Positions 12,085 through 22,949 of a stretch of DNA of 64,000 nucleotides are shown in pieces (positions within the stretch are counted from its first letter, which is position 1; each line of letters opens with the position of its first letter). Origin of the DNA: Macrostomum lignano (taxonomy: Eukaryota); NCBI GenBank assembly GCA_002269645.1, contig NIVC01000201.1, positions 727,734 through 791,733 on the forward strand, written 5' to 3'. A model generated the notes under the pieces. It ran no database searches, was not told the DNA's origin, and was given only the letters and a program-made list of their open reading frames with translations. Position numbers and translations under genes: made by a program.

Positions 12085-12242
12085 GCGCAACCTTGGGAAT
12101 CACTCGGCCATTTCTATTGGTAACACACACACATGTAAGTCGCTATTGGACGGAATAGTAGTCACATGACTACTCTCAGCCAATAGCAACTTACATGTGT
12201 GTGTTGCCAATAGAAACGGCCAGATGAATCCCTAGGTTGCGC
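12085..12242. repeat. ~158 bp near-perfect palindrome (fold-back/MITE-like)
   Basis: The arm GCGCAACCTTGGGAATC...ACACACACATGTAAGTCGCTATTGG pairs with CCAATAGCAACTTACATGTGTGTGT...CCCTAGGTTGCGC. The centre is AGTAGTCA-CA-TGACTACT. Confidence 0.85.
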
Positions 12243-15200
12243 CCAAGCATGTACCCTATTGTCAGGATTGACCAAGCTAGCCAAGTAATTTACATATATG
12301 TCTTGCATTTTATAGTTAAGCTAAATTTGTTGCAATATTTAATCAGTTTTTTGTTGAATTATTCTGCAAAACAGCTTGAAGAAAATCCCCTGTTTATTTT
12401 ATCCTAAAACCTTTGGATCCCAAATATTTTTGGGTACTTAGGATTAGAATCCTGGACTTAAAAACTTAGGAATTAGGCTTATAGCTTAGGTATTGAAAAC
12501 TTATTAGGACCTAGTCTATTTGTACTATATCATTTATCTTTTATTTTTGGATTTAAAAGGCTAACTAAACAAAAAGTTTAAGCATGGAAGGTCAAACAAA
12601 TACATACATGCCCAACACCTGTCCAACCTGTCTGAACTAGATAGGTGAAATGGCTACTGGCCAAAGAAAGTCCCAAAATTTGAAATGCAAAAAATAAAAA
12701 ATTGGGGGAAGAAAGAAAGGAGAGAAAGAGAAAAGGAAAAAAGGATGGAGAAAAGCGAAAGGGGAAAAAGGAGAGAAAAAAATAGAAGAAAAGAGAAAAA
12801 GACAGAAAAAGTCATATACAAAGTGAAAATTACTAACTAAGTTGCAATTAAGAGGAACTAAGTTGCAATTGGGAGGAACCAAGTCAGAAATCTAGACAAA
12901 ATTAAGTTGCACCAGATAGGTAAAATTTTAAGGTTGGGCATATATGAACAAATATATAGCCAATCAAACAACTTGTTTAGTTCTTGTATAAAATAAAAAT
13001 TTTAAAAAACTTTTAAATATATTTATTTAACAGGTTTGCTTTGTTTTGTCTAGAAAAAATTATTATGCAAAATTATATCTAATATTAGACTTATAAAGAA
13101 TATTGGACATTGGCTATAGCAGAAAAACAAATTTTTGGTAGGCCTAGAACCTAAGCACTTTAGTAAGGGTCTTCCTATGACTTGCTAATATATTTGCAAA
13201 AAGCAAAATTTAAAAAGTTATTTTTTATTAATGAATATAATGATTAATGAATATTAGGCCTAATAACTTTAAAATGATAGAATTATATAAAATAGAAAGC
13301 AAATATATACTAGAAAAAAATGACAAATACTTATAACTTGTTTTTCATAAAATATAAAAAAATTATATATTATCTATAGGCCTATACTAAAAATTTTTCT
13401 ATTTATAAAAAGACTAAATCCTATACTAAAAATTATAATCCTTTCTTACCTAGGCCTATATACAAAAAATGAAAATCTTGCTTGTTTGTGCACAATCAAT
13501 TATTTCCTGAATGGCTTAACCAATTTTTATGAGACTTGCACTATTCAATCAGAAATTTTCCCATGATGGCACATAAGCTGCAGGGCTGTCCTGGGGAGAC
13601 ACAGCGGGATAGCACAAATGCCCATTCCACTACATGGTGGTACGTGTCTTGTCTAAGAAATTGCTTGATGCTAAAGGCATTAAATATTTGAAAAAAACAT
13701 GCTTTTTTGCAAAGGTCAAGCAAACTTTTTGACTTGAAATGCATTGCCATTGAAAGAATGCAAGAGAAAAAACTGGCTGGTTTGAGTCTGATTCTGAAAT
13801 AAATTGTATCACAAAGGCTTTTTAATATTTATTTATTGTCTATGTACTGGCTGAATTTTGACACTGAATTCAATTGCATCACAGTGTTGAAAATATAATG
13901 TTAATTATGGAATCATATAGCACTAGACTTGATTTAGATTGTGTAACCATATTGTCAACTTTAATTGAGACTGATACTGAATTGCCTGAGAAATTGATTA
14001 TGTCATAACTGCTTTGTGAGTGAGTGTTGAATTATTTAATAAGTGCTACAATTTCATTTATAAATTTTATAAGAGCTAGACTAGATGTGAACTGAACAGA
14101 TTGGACTGCTAATGCAGCGACCTGGGTTCAAATCTTAGTAGTGAAATTTTTTTATTGAAAGCTTTTATTAAAGGACTAATAAAGGACTAAAGGCGCCATG
14201 TAAAAAATCATAGAAGTGTCATGTAAAAAATCATAAAAAGAAAAATGCAATTAAAAAAGAGTAAAAAATTAAGATACAAATTTTTTTATTGTTCCCTCCC
14301 CCTTTTGAATTTAGTTGTCGGTTTTGTTAGTTGCCACATTTGCGGCTATTCAACTTCTGCTCTTTGGCTCTTAGACTTAGTCTTAATAACTCACTGACAA
14401 TCACAGATTCAGTTAGTTGTAGGTTTTATGATAATATATGTTGTAGCATCTTATCAATAATTTTGAAACTAACCACGCGCACGTCGACATGCAATTAAGT
14501 AAATGTAACTATTTAACCATGCAAGTCTATACTCAAGATAATTTGCACGTACGAGGGTCTGTATAAAAGCTGGTCACGTATTGGACGCGATTACCGATGG
14601 TAATGGCTAGAGTTCCGGCACCGGAACCTGTTTTCTAATGGCTATGGATCCAGCAGTCTACTGCAGGCAGTTATCTACTAATGAAGTCTTTGAACATTAG
14701 AAGTATCTTGTTTTGAATCTCATCGTTTCGTTTTGATCTTATCTTGAGCAAAATCCCAATATCAACAACCCGTTAAAAAAGTAAAATGTTTCTGCTATAT
14801 TACACACATAAATTATTACCGATTACCGCGGAATGTGAATTGTGCTTGTGCAGTTAGCAGTTAGCATGTTGTTTTTTTTGAAAAAATTAATAGGTTTAAC
14901 AAATTAAACGCGTAGCTTTTTTAATTCTTAAAAAACCAGGTTTTTCATTTGATTATATTGTTTTCAAAATAAAAACTAACTCAACAAACTTTGTATCGTT
15001 GTTTTTTATTAAGTAATTTCCTAGTGACGATTAAATTTATTCATTTTTTATTGATCCACCACCCGGGCAGTTGAGACTGGTTTTACTGATGTAAATTTTT
15101 AATATTCGAAAATCAGCTGTTCCACGCAGCCGTGCCGAGTATTTTGATGTTATCCAATAAAATGTGTGGGCCCTACATGTAACTAATTTATGCGAATGAT

Positions 15201-16089
15201 GCTAAAAATATCCTAGCTAATTTCTTGGACAGCTTAGTTTCTTGAGGTAGATTCAAGTCGTCTTTGCTTCAACGCAAAATTTAGGGATAGCCTATTTATA
15301 TAAGTCGTCTTCGTTATGCGTTCATCTAGTAACACGTATTGTAAAAATATTTGTTCTAGCCCAGAGTGCTCAAAATTAATAGGACGTAAAGGAATAAGAA
15401 AAAAGTTCTCTCTGGCCGATCAGAATGTAATGCCTTGCTGAATATGTAGGGATAACTTAAGTTAAATTTGATATACACAAAAGTCAGTCGCTAGTATAGA
15501 AACTATACATATATAATGTACATATACATTTTTGCAGATGTGTTTCCTTATGAAGAAACGCGCAATTTTGGTTTTGAAATAATTGTTGGAGGGCATTTTT
15601 AATGAGTGGTGTACGTGATGCCTTTTTGAATTTTCGTGAATATTTTTTTCCATGATAACTACGAGGATACGTGTAACACCTGCAAAATTTTTTTTGAGAA
15701 TTCTGAAGAACGCCCACGTCAAAATGCCTAAATTGCTACATTTCAATACATTCTAAATTGTTCCAATTCTGCAGCACAATGCAAATAATTCGTTTAAATA
15801 ATTGGACACCAGTGCTGTAGTTTCCCCATATTTAACACTTCAAAACTGCTTCCCTGGAAATCTTCGTCGTTAAAAACTTTTTGAGAGGAAGAGAATTTTT
15901 TGAATGGTTGTCAATAATTGCTGTCAAATACATGTTTGCATATCATCTAGCTGTAGAAAGATTGGAGCGTCAATCTATAGATATAAATAGTAGAAGCGGA
16001 GCTGCGATTATCAACTGCATTCACTGCTGAATTCTGAATCCTGCTAAAATATACTGAGGGAGAATACAGCAGCTGTTTACTGAGTCGCA

Positions 16090-16836
16090 ATGTCGGGCAA
16101 GAAGACCTTCGCTGTTCTTTTTCAAATCCTACATGCATCAGCGAAATCTACTGCTAGGCTGCAGCAGTACCAGGGTGTGCACAATGGCATCCTCTGCATC
16201 AATGCCCAATTCGTCGAAGTTCATCCAGATGAAAGTGGCGACATTGGCTGCGCTGCGATCTGCAGCTCCGTGCCCCGCTGCCAGGCCTTCACCACCGCCG
16301 ACGGGCCGTGCCAGCTGTTCGTGTTCGACAAGTGCAGCAGGTCGGTGCGGGACTGCAGCTGCGTCAAGAGAGGCCGCCTGTTTGTGAAGCGGCAGCCGGG
16401 ACTCTCGGCGGGCTCGCTGTGCCCCACCGGCTACGGTGACGAGCGGTGCGGAGTGAAGTACAAAATGCTGATGAATACCGGCGTCTGGACAGCGCAGAGA
16501 CAGGTGTGTGAGTCCGACGGTGAGCTGACCACGATGGCCGACGTGATCGACAGCGCGGAGATGAGCCACGTAAACTACCTATTCGCTAAGCACGGATCGA
16601 AGGGATTTTACCTTGGCGGCTGGCAGGTGCCGGGCAGCGACGAGCCGGCAGGCGGATGGGTCTGGGCCGGCTGCAACACCACCATCGACGGCACTCTTTG
16701 GGTCCCCAGCGAGCCCAACAACGGAGTGGCTAACGAGAACGCCATCATGCGTGTCGTTCCTTTCTCTAAGCTGGTCGACGTCACAGGTTTCCTCGTCAGG
16801 AGAGCTCTGTGCGAATGCGTGTCTCCATTCGATTGA
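16090..16836 (+). CDS. Secreted protein with a PAN/apple-like domain and a C-type lectin domain, single exon
   Basis: Hydrophobic N-terminus; CAAICSSVPRCQAFT...CQLF; CTLD motifs FYLGG, WVW...C, WVPSEPNN, ENAI and terminal ALCEC. Confidence 0.85.
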   Translation: MSGKKTFAVLFQILHASAKSTARLQQYQGVHNGILCINAQFVEVHPDESGDIGCAAICSSVPRCQAFTTADGPCQLFVFDKCSRSVRDCSCVKRGRLFVKRQPGLSAGSLCPTGYGDERCGVKYKMLMNTGVWTAQRQVCESDGELTTMADVIDSAEMSHVNYLFAKHGSKGFYLGGWQVPGSDEPAGGWVWAGCNTTIDGTLWVPSEPNNGVANENAIMRVVPFSKLVDVTGFLVRRALCECVSPFD

Positions 16837-17211
16837 CTTCGAGGGATCTCTATGCTGAAAAAACAGAACATTATAGCACACAGTTTTGTCAGACTGACTG
16901 ATGCGACGTATTGCTAAATGCTGCTGTCTAAGCGTTTATATTCTACAGCAGTTTCTTAATTCTTAAGCAAGAAAGAGCAATACTGAACAATAAAAATGTG
17001 AAAGATGCTACTTTAAGTACAGTGGCGTTTGGCTCTATATTTTTAACGGATTTTTACACCAGTCACCGTCTCTGCACCCCACTGCCACACCAGAATTGGC
17101 CCAGTCGGCGACTCCAGCTGGCAGCCTTTCAATTCATCCGTGCTGAGTCGTATTGCGCTTTCAGGCGGTTTCAAAAGGTGCTTCAGTGGCTGACGCTACG
17201 TTTCGTCGACT

Positions 17212-17470
17212 GCCCGCCCTGAGTCTGTCACCCCAGACTGCCCGCCCTGAGTCTGTCACCCCAGACTTCCCGCCCATGAGTCTGTCATCCCAGACTTCCC
17301 GCCCATGAGTCTGTCACCCCAGACTGCCCGCCCTGAGTCTGTCACCCCAGACTGCCCGCCCTGAGTCTGTCACCCCAGACTTCCCGCCCATGAGTCTGTC
17401 ATCCCAGACTTCCCGCCCATGAGTCTGTCACCCCAGACTGCCCGCCCCTGAGTCTGTCACCCCAGACTGC
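17212..17470. repeat. Minisatellite, 28-29 bp unit (CTGAGTCTGTCACCCCAGACTGCCCGCC)
   Basis: Tandem array. Confidence 0.9.
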
Positions 17471-18215
17471 CTGCCCCTATTCGTGCCCAGCTTATGGAGC
17501 CGCTAAGAGCAGCTGGAGCATCTTTAGTATACAATGCAACCCATATCCTATTGGTTGAATGTTTTTAACAAAAAAAGCAATCTGAAGGATCACGGCCAAA
17601 AATTATCCATCCGATAACGATGCAAAATTTGTAGTTGCCATGCATTTAATATTACCCACTTAGCATTTGCGTAGCAGCGTCTTGAACCCAGCTCGCTAAG
17701 ACTCTTCAACGTAAATTTTTTATTCATTCTGACATTCGCGTGAGGACTATCTTTTAGCTTTGCGAATCTGATCATCAAAGTCCTTCATGCTTAATTTGCG
17801 TGAACATGATGAAGAGAATACTCGATCCCGCGTTCCTACGCCCCAGCTATGTTCTTCTCAAGATATTGACTCATTTCTGCTCAGCAACGGGTCAGAGTTG
17901 ACCTCCGCTGACTCAAAACTGCCTGAAAAATGGGTCCAGAGATTCGGGAGTTTGGCTTTAATCTTAGTCTTTGACTTTAAAATTTAAATGTCAGCAATAA
18001 AAATTTGCTAGTTTAGGAAGGAGCACAGAAAGCTTTATCAAAAGTTTAGACTAAATTTGTCTGTTTGAAATTCTTCCAGGTGCCAGGTGAGATACCTATG
18101 TCAAACATGTGAGATACCTATGTCAAACATGTGAGATACCTATGTCAAACATGTGAGATACCTATGTCAAACATGTGAGATACCTATGTCAAACAGGTGG
18201 CATACATGTGTCAAA

Positions 18216-19458
18216 CACGGACTACTTAAGTAGAAGGACGCGACACGCGCGAAACGTGCAAATTTTATTGGAGGCTGAATGTTCAATTTTATGTAGCCCG
18301 ACTCCAGAAACTCGCCGAAGTGTAGTTTTTTTCACAGGATGCACATAACTTAGTCCTTGTTGGTGTGAGATACGAGCTATGTAATGTATGATTAAAACGA
18401 TGTAGAAACCTTAAAATTAGTTTCAAGCGACGAGTACTTAGCTTTTGTCTGGTGAGTTTCGAAGTGCGACACTATGGCATAAAATATGGCTCTTTACTTT
18501 GATATAGCACCTACTTCAAACGATGCTTCAGTATTACCCCGTTGATTGTCTCTGTGGAGCGAACCTTTAACCTGGGCATACGAAAAACCTATCGCAGACG
18601 TACAGGTATAGATGCCACTGGTTCTGTGCCCATCGCATCGGATAAAAAGAGTCAAAAGACGAAATAAGACAAAGATTTTGAGAATAATAATTTTAAGTCT
18701 AAGTATTCAATTATGTTTTTTGACGTCATTTTAATATCATAGGCTTTTATCAAAATGTATGCAAAAGGTATAGACTAAATTGGTATAACAGGTTTCTTGT
18801 ATAAAGCAAATGTGAAACACTTTCAAAAATATAAACAAAAACGTACAACGAAAAATTTACAACAAGCTGAACTACTGTATAAAGACAACTTGCTTATATT
18901 GCATAAAACAACAAATGCAAACAACAAAAAAACAAATAGCCTATAGACTTACTAACTAATGCCAATGGTAATGCTAAACTAAACAGTAGCTAGCTAGGGC
19001 CTATAACTAGACAATGTAGGTATATCAACATTAGTCCCCTAGCCTAGCCTAATAATTAAATACATGCTATAAATTATAATAACAAATACACTATATTATA
19101 TAATCGCCTGTGACAGTAAGGCCTGCCTGACTAAAAAATGTTGACAAAATTTTCAAAAAGAATACTTGCATAGTATAGCTATAGGTCTTCATACAAGGCC
19201 TAGCTATACATAATAATAGATATATAAACGAAGTCTCCAGACATTTTTAAACAATACTAAGCTAGGCCGACATTATATAGTGGTAAAAAATTGGAAAAAA
19301 TACGAAAACACTCTGAAGAAATGATCTGCATTCAATGATAAGAATATTTCAATGTATGCTCCAGAATAGGCTACGCTAATGGGAAATTCAGCCTCCAAAA
19401 AAAATTACACGAATCGTGCGTGTCGCGTCCTATATAAACGACAATTAAGTAGTCTGTG
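18216..19458. mobile_element. Non-autonomous TIR DNA transposon (1243 bp) inserted in a 22 bp minisatellite
   Basis: Ends are CACGGACTACTTAA...GGACGCGACACGC and GCGTGTCGCGTCC...TTAAGTAGTCTGTG. The 8 bp direct repeat GTGTCAAA lies at 18208-18215 and 19459-19466. The interior is AT-rich and non-coding. Confidence 0.8.
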
Positions 19459-20708
19459 GTGTCAAACAGGTGAGATACATGAGTCAAACAGGTGAGATAC
19501 ATGAGTCAAACAGGTGAGATACATGAGTCAAACAGGTGAGATACATGAGTCAAACAGGTGAGATACATGAGTCAAACGGGTGGCATACATGAGTCAAACA
19601 GGTGACATACATGAGTCAAACAGGTGGCATACATGAGTCAAACAAGTGACATACATGTGCCAGAGTGTGTAACGAGTTTAAAACGATTCAAGCCAGTTTA
19701 TCTCTCCCATGCGTGTAAGTTAGTCCAGGCTCGTACCGAAAGAGAACATTGATAGCAGTCCAAGTTTCTTAGTTCAGTTCTCATCTCAAGCCAGACAGAC
19801 ATCGACTAAGGGAGTTTTTTAGTTTTTGCTAAGCATTTATGGAGCCGAGCGCCCTGTCAGTCACGGCCGACATGATACAAGGGCCGCAGACTGACAGGAA
19901 GTCGGTCCCAAATTGAATCGAGTTTTGCCATTATAGGCAGCCTGCCACATCCGGTGCCATCCATGCTGGTCATTGGCCAGTCTTAGGGAGCCGCCAAGTC
20001 TTCCCTTGTTTCCCAGATCTATTCATCTTTCTCCTCAGGTAAAACCGCGCGCAAGAAATGCGCTGATCTGTGAATTATTCGCGCATCTCTGCCGATGAGT
20101 GCCAGCCGGCCTGTTGATCTCACGTCGCATCTTGGAGACTCTCGCAGTGCACCTGCCAGCCATCAAATTCTAATAAGGCATTCGAGGTACATTTAACTCG
20201 TAGTAACCATTTGCTGCAGTACGTCATTTGCTGTCGTTTTTAATCGGATCTCTCAAAAATGCAAGCATTTTTTATCTTTCTTTGAATGCCCTATTGATGA
20301 AATTTTGTTAACTCTTGCTCGAAATGTCCGGAATCTGGAGTGCCCGTTGAGTGACTGGGTAGTTTGAAAAAATGCGCCCTCCAGCAAATCGACGCATTTG
20401 AGGCGAGAAAAAAAACAACCAAAGCCGCTCCATCGAAGACTTTCCTATTTTGACATGTCCGAAATTCGGGAGGGGAGGGCGGGTGCGCTGAGCTGCCTTT
20501 TGGCGGACCCGTCCTCCTCATGCAGTCTGGAGAAATATCCCAACACAGCGCGGTTCCCTCTGGCGGGCTTAGCAGTCACTCTGGGAGGGCGGGCTTGTAG
20601 CAATCCTGCCAGGGGCTTACACACCGCTCCCTGCCGCAGGAGCTCAAATCCGGACCAAATCTGGGTCGAGCAAACTTCCACCTGCATTGCAGACAAGTTG
20701 CCTAGCGT

Positions 20709-20847
20709 CTCTATATAAGAACTCAGCAGAGCGGCCCTCTCAGCCGCCTTTTTCAGTCGAGAGAGAAACAATTAGCGTAGTCGCTTGAAGGTCTCCGCCT
20801 GCCCGGGCTCCACAAACGCGCTGACACACTTAGAAGAGAACGCCAAG
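20709..20847 (+). promoter_or_regulatory. TATA box, Inr-like start and non-coding first exon of the prohormone gene
   Basis: CTATATAAG at ~20711, TCAGT ~40 nt downstream, donor AAG|GTAATT at 20848. Confidence 0.5.
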
Positions 20848-20971
20848 GTAATTAATAGCTTTCAAATCTTCTTTCCTTCTTTGCATGTTTCGAATTCAGT
20901 TCTCTACGTGTTGAATTATCCTGTACAGTACGAGCGTAACTGCTTCGTAACAACTTAGAGCCGGATCTGCC

Positions 20972-21734
20972 ATGGTGCATCCAACAAAAAGCCTGCTGAT
21001 TGTCGCTGCCTGCCTAGCCGTCGCTTACGGATCCAAGGTGAGCAGGTTAACTAGCTCGTCAATGAGTTCACTGAGAAGAAAATTGTGCACGAAACTTCGT
21101 CTCAAACTTTCAGGCTGCCGGTGTTCACGACGTTGACAAGAAGAGCAAAGGCTTTGAAAAAAGGTCAAATCCTCTCGTCGACTCCGGCCCGAACTATGAG
21201 TACGCCAGCCTTCAACATCCGTACGGCATGAAGCGATTCGACCCTCTGTCCGGCATGAAGCGCTTTGACCCACTGTACGGCATGAAGCGATTCGACCCAC
21301 TGTCCGGCATGAAACGCTTTGACCCACTGTACGGCATGAAGCGATTCGACCCACTGTCCAGCATGAAGCGCTTTGACCCACTGTACGGCATGAAGCGCTT
21401 TGACCCACTGTCCGGCATGAAGCGCTTTGACCCACTGTACGGCATGAAGCGCTTCGACCCACTGTACGGCATGAAGCGCTTTGACCCACTGTCCGGCATG
21501 AAGCGCTTTGACCCACTGTACGGCATGAAGCGATTTGACCCACTGTACGGCATGAAGCGCTTTGACCCACTGTCCGGTATGAAGCGATTCGACCCTCTGT
21601 CCGGTATGAAGCGATTCGACCCACTGTCCGGTATGAAGCGCTTCGACCCACTGTCCGGTATGAAGCGATTCGACCCACTGTCCGGAATGAAGCGATTTGA
21701 CCCTCTGGCCGGCATGAAGCGGTCAAAGAATTGA
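20972..21734 (+). CDS. Neuropeptide prohormone with 18 KR-flanked FDPL(S/Y/A)(G/S)M peptides; exons 20972-21037 and 21114-21734
   Basis: Signal peptide MVHPTKSLLIVAACLAVAYG and a phase-0 76 nt intron. Repeat variation is almost all synonymous in this frame (AAG/AAA, CGA/CGC, TTC/TTT, CCT/CCA, GGC/GGT/GGA). AATAAA follows the stop. Confidence 0.9.
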
Positions 21735-22235
21735 CGAAAAACAGTCAATAACCAATAAAAAACGAATACTTGACCAGCATATAGTGTTTCCGTGTGTCCT
21801 AGAAACTTTCTACTCAAATAGACACGAGGTTAGCATCGCTTCATTCATGATGAATGTCTCAGAAGACTGGAATGCTTGTTGCTAATAACACGGGGGTTTT
21901 TTCTGAGTTCTTTTGTCTCTACCAGCTGGAAGCAACATAGTTATGTTCTGTACTTTTGTGGTGCAAGGGCAACCCGCTCTTCGTCCCGCATGAGGAAGTG
22001 CACCCTCATTTATTTTTGTTTTCGGCCTAACCTTGGCGTGTAGGCTGTGGGGTGGGGGTCGTTCGGCTGGGGATTGATTGGCTGGGCTTTTCCTGCGGTG
22101 CGATTGGCTGACGTGGGGTTCGGCCGGTCGGGACAGACTGTGGGTGGGGTGGTGAGCTTAAGGGCTTGCAGCCTCCCCCCCCCCGACGCCTGCTACGAGG
22201 CGAGGTAGTTGCGCTGCTATTTGCGCCGCCACTCG

Positions 22236-22279
22236 ACGTAAGGACGGTCTCTTATTGCGAAGGCCCAATCCTTTGCGTG
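22236..22279 (+). ncRNA. Spliced-leader-exon-like sequence (variant or relic)
   Basis: ACGTAAGGACGGTCTCTTATTGCGAAGGCCCAATCCTTTGCGTG aligns ungapped at about 35/44 to the Macrostomum SL as I recall it (CCGTAAAGACGGTCTCTTACTGCGAAGACTCAATTTATTGCATG). It has no terminal ATG and no adjacent GT donor. Confidence 0.45.
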
Positions 22280-22949
22280 TCAGTTAAATACTTGTGTATT
22301 TAATAAACACAGCACAGTTACAGTTACATACCGGCCCACTCATGTCAGCTACTGCTGCCAGGAAAGTGAGTTCGTAGCTACTTTGTCTCCTTTCTTTTTT
22401 TCAGTTTGGTTGCCAATGGGACAGTTAAAGGTCCGTCCTGTCCCGACGCCAACTCAGTTTAGGCTACGTAAGCATACCACACATGTCTGATTTCAGCCCC
22501 GGCGTCCTCAGGCGGGCATCGACCACACGAGAGCATTCTGACGCCCCAGATTTCAGGAAGCCTCGAGCAGTCGCATCCTGACTTTAGCAATTTTTAGCAT
22601 GTTCGTATTAAAGACATTTATTAAAACCAATAGCAGCTACAGACTACGCAGAGGGGAAACTTATTAAATAGACTGAAAAGGTAGACATATAGGTGTTTCC
22701 TACCATGCTATTGCAGAGCTTAGATTTCTAATTATTAATTAAAAACAACTTAAGTACAAGGGGACAACTATTGAGTCTATATCAGATACGAGCGTAGCAC
22801 AGCGGGTGCGAAATCAAACGATTGATCTATGAACAGTCGAAGCACTCTGAATGTAAGCATTTTGGATTAATAAAAAATCAATAATAGTGAAAATTTTAAA
22901 CAAAAGCTACGAATAGTTTATGAAAAATTTATAAATAGAGTCTGCTGAT

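Noticed and set aside
14095-14153. tRNA-like fragment (GGACTGCTAAT...GGGTTCAAATC followed by a T run)
   Set aside because: There is no complete cloverleaf or A box; at best a decayed SINE or tRNA relic.
21212-21817. Antisense 201 aa ORF reading (K/N)RF(M/I)P(Y/D)SGS, which also looks like a prohormone
   Set aside because: It arises from the palindromic AAGCGCTT core. Repeat variation is non-synonymous in this frame but synonymous on the plus strand, and there is no supporting exon structure.
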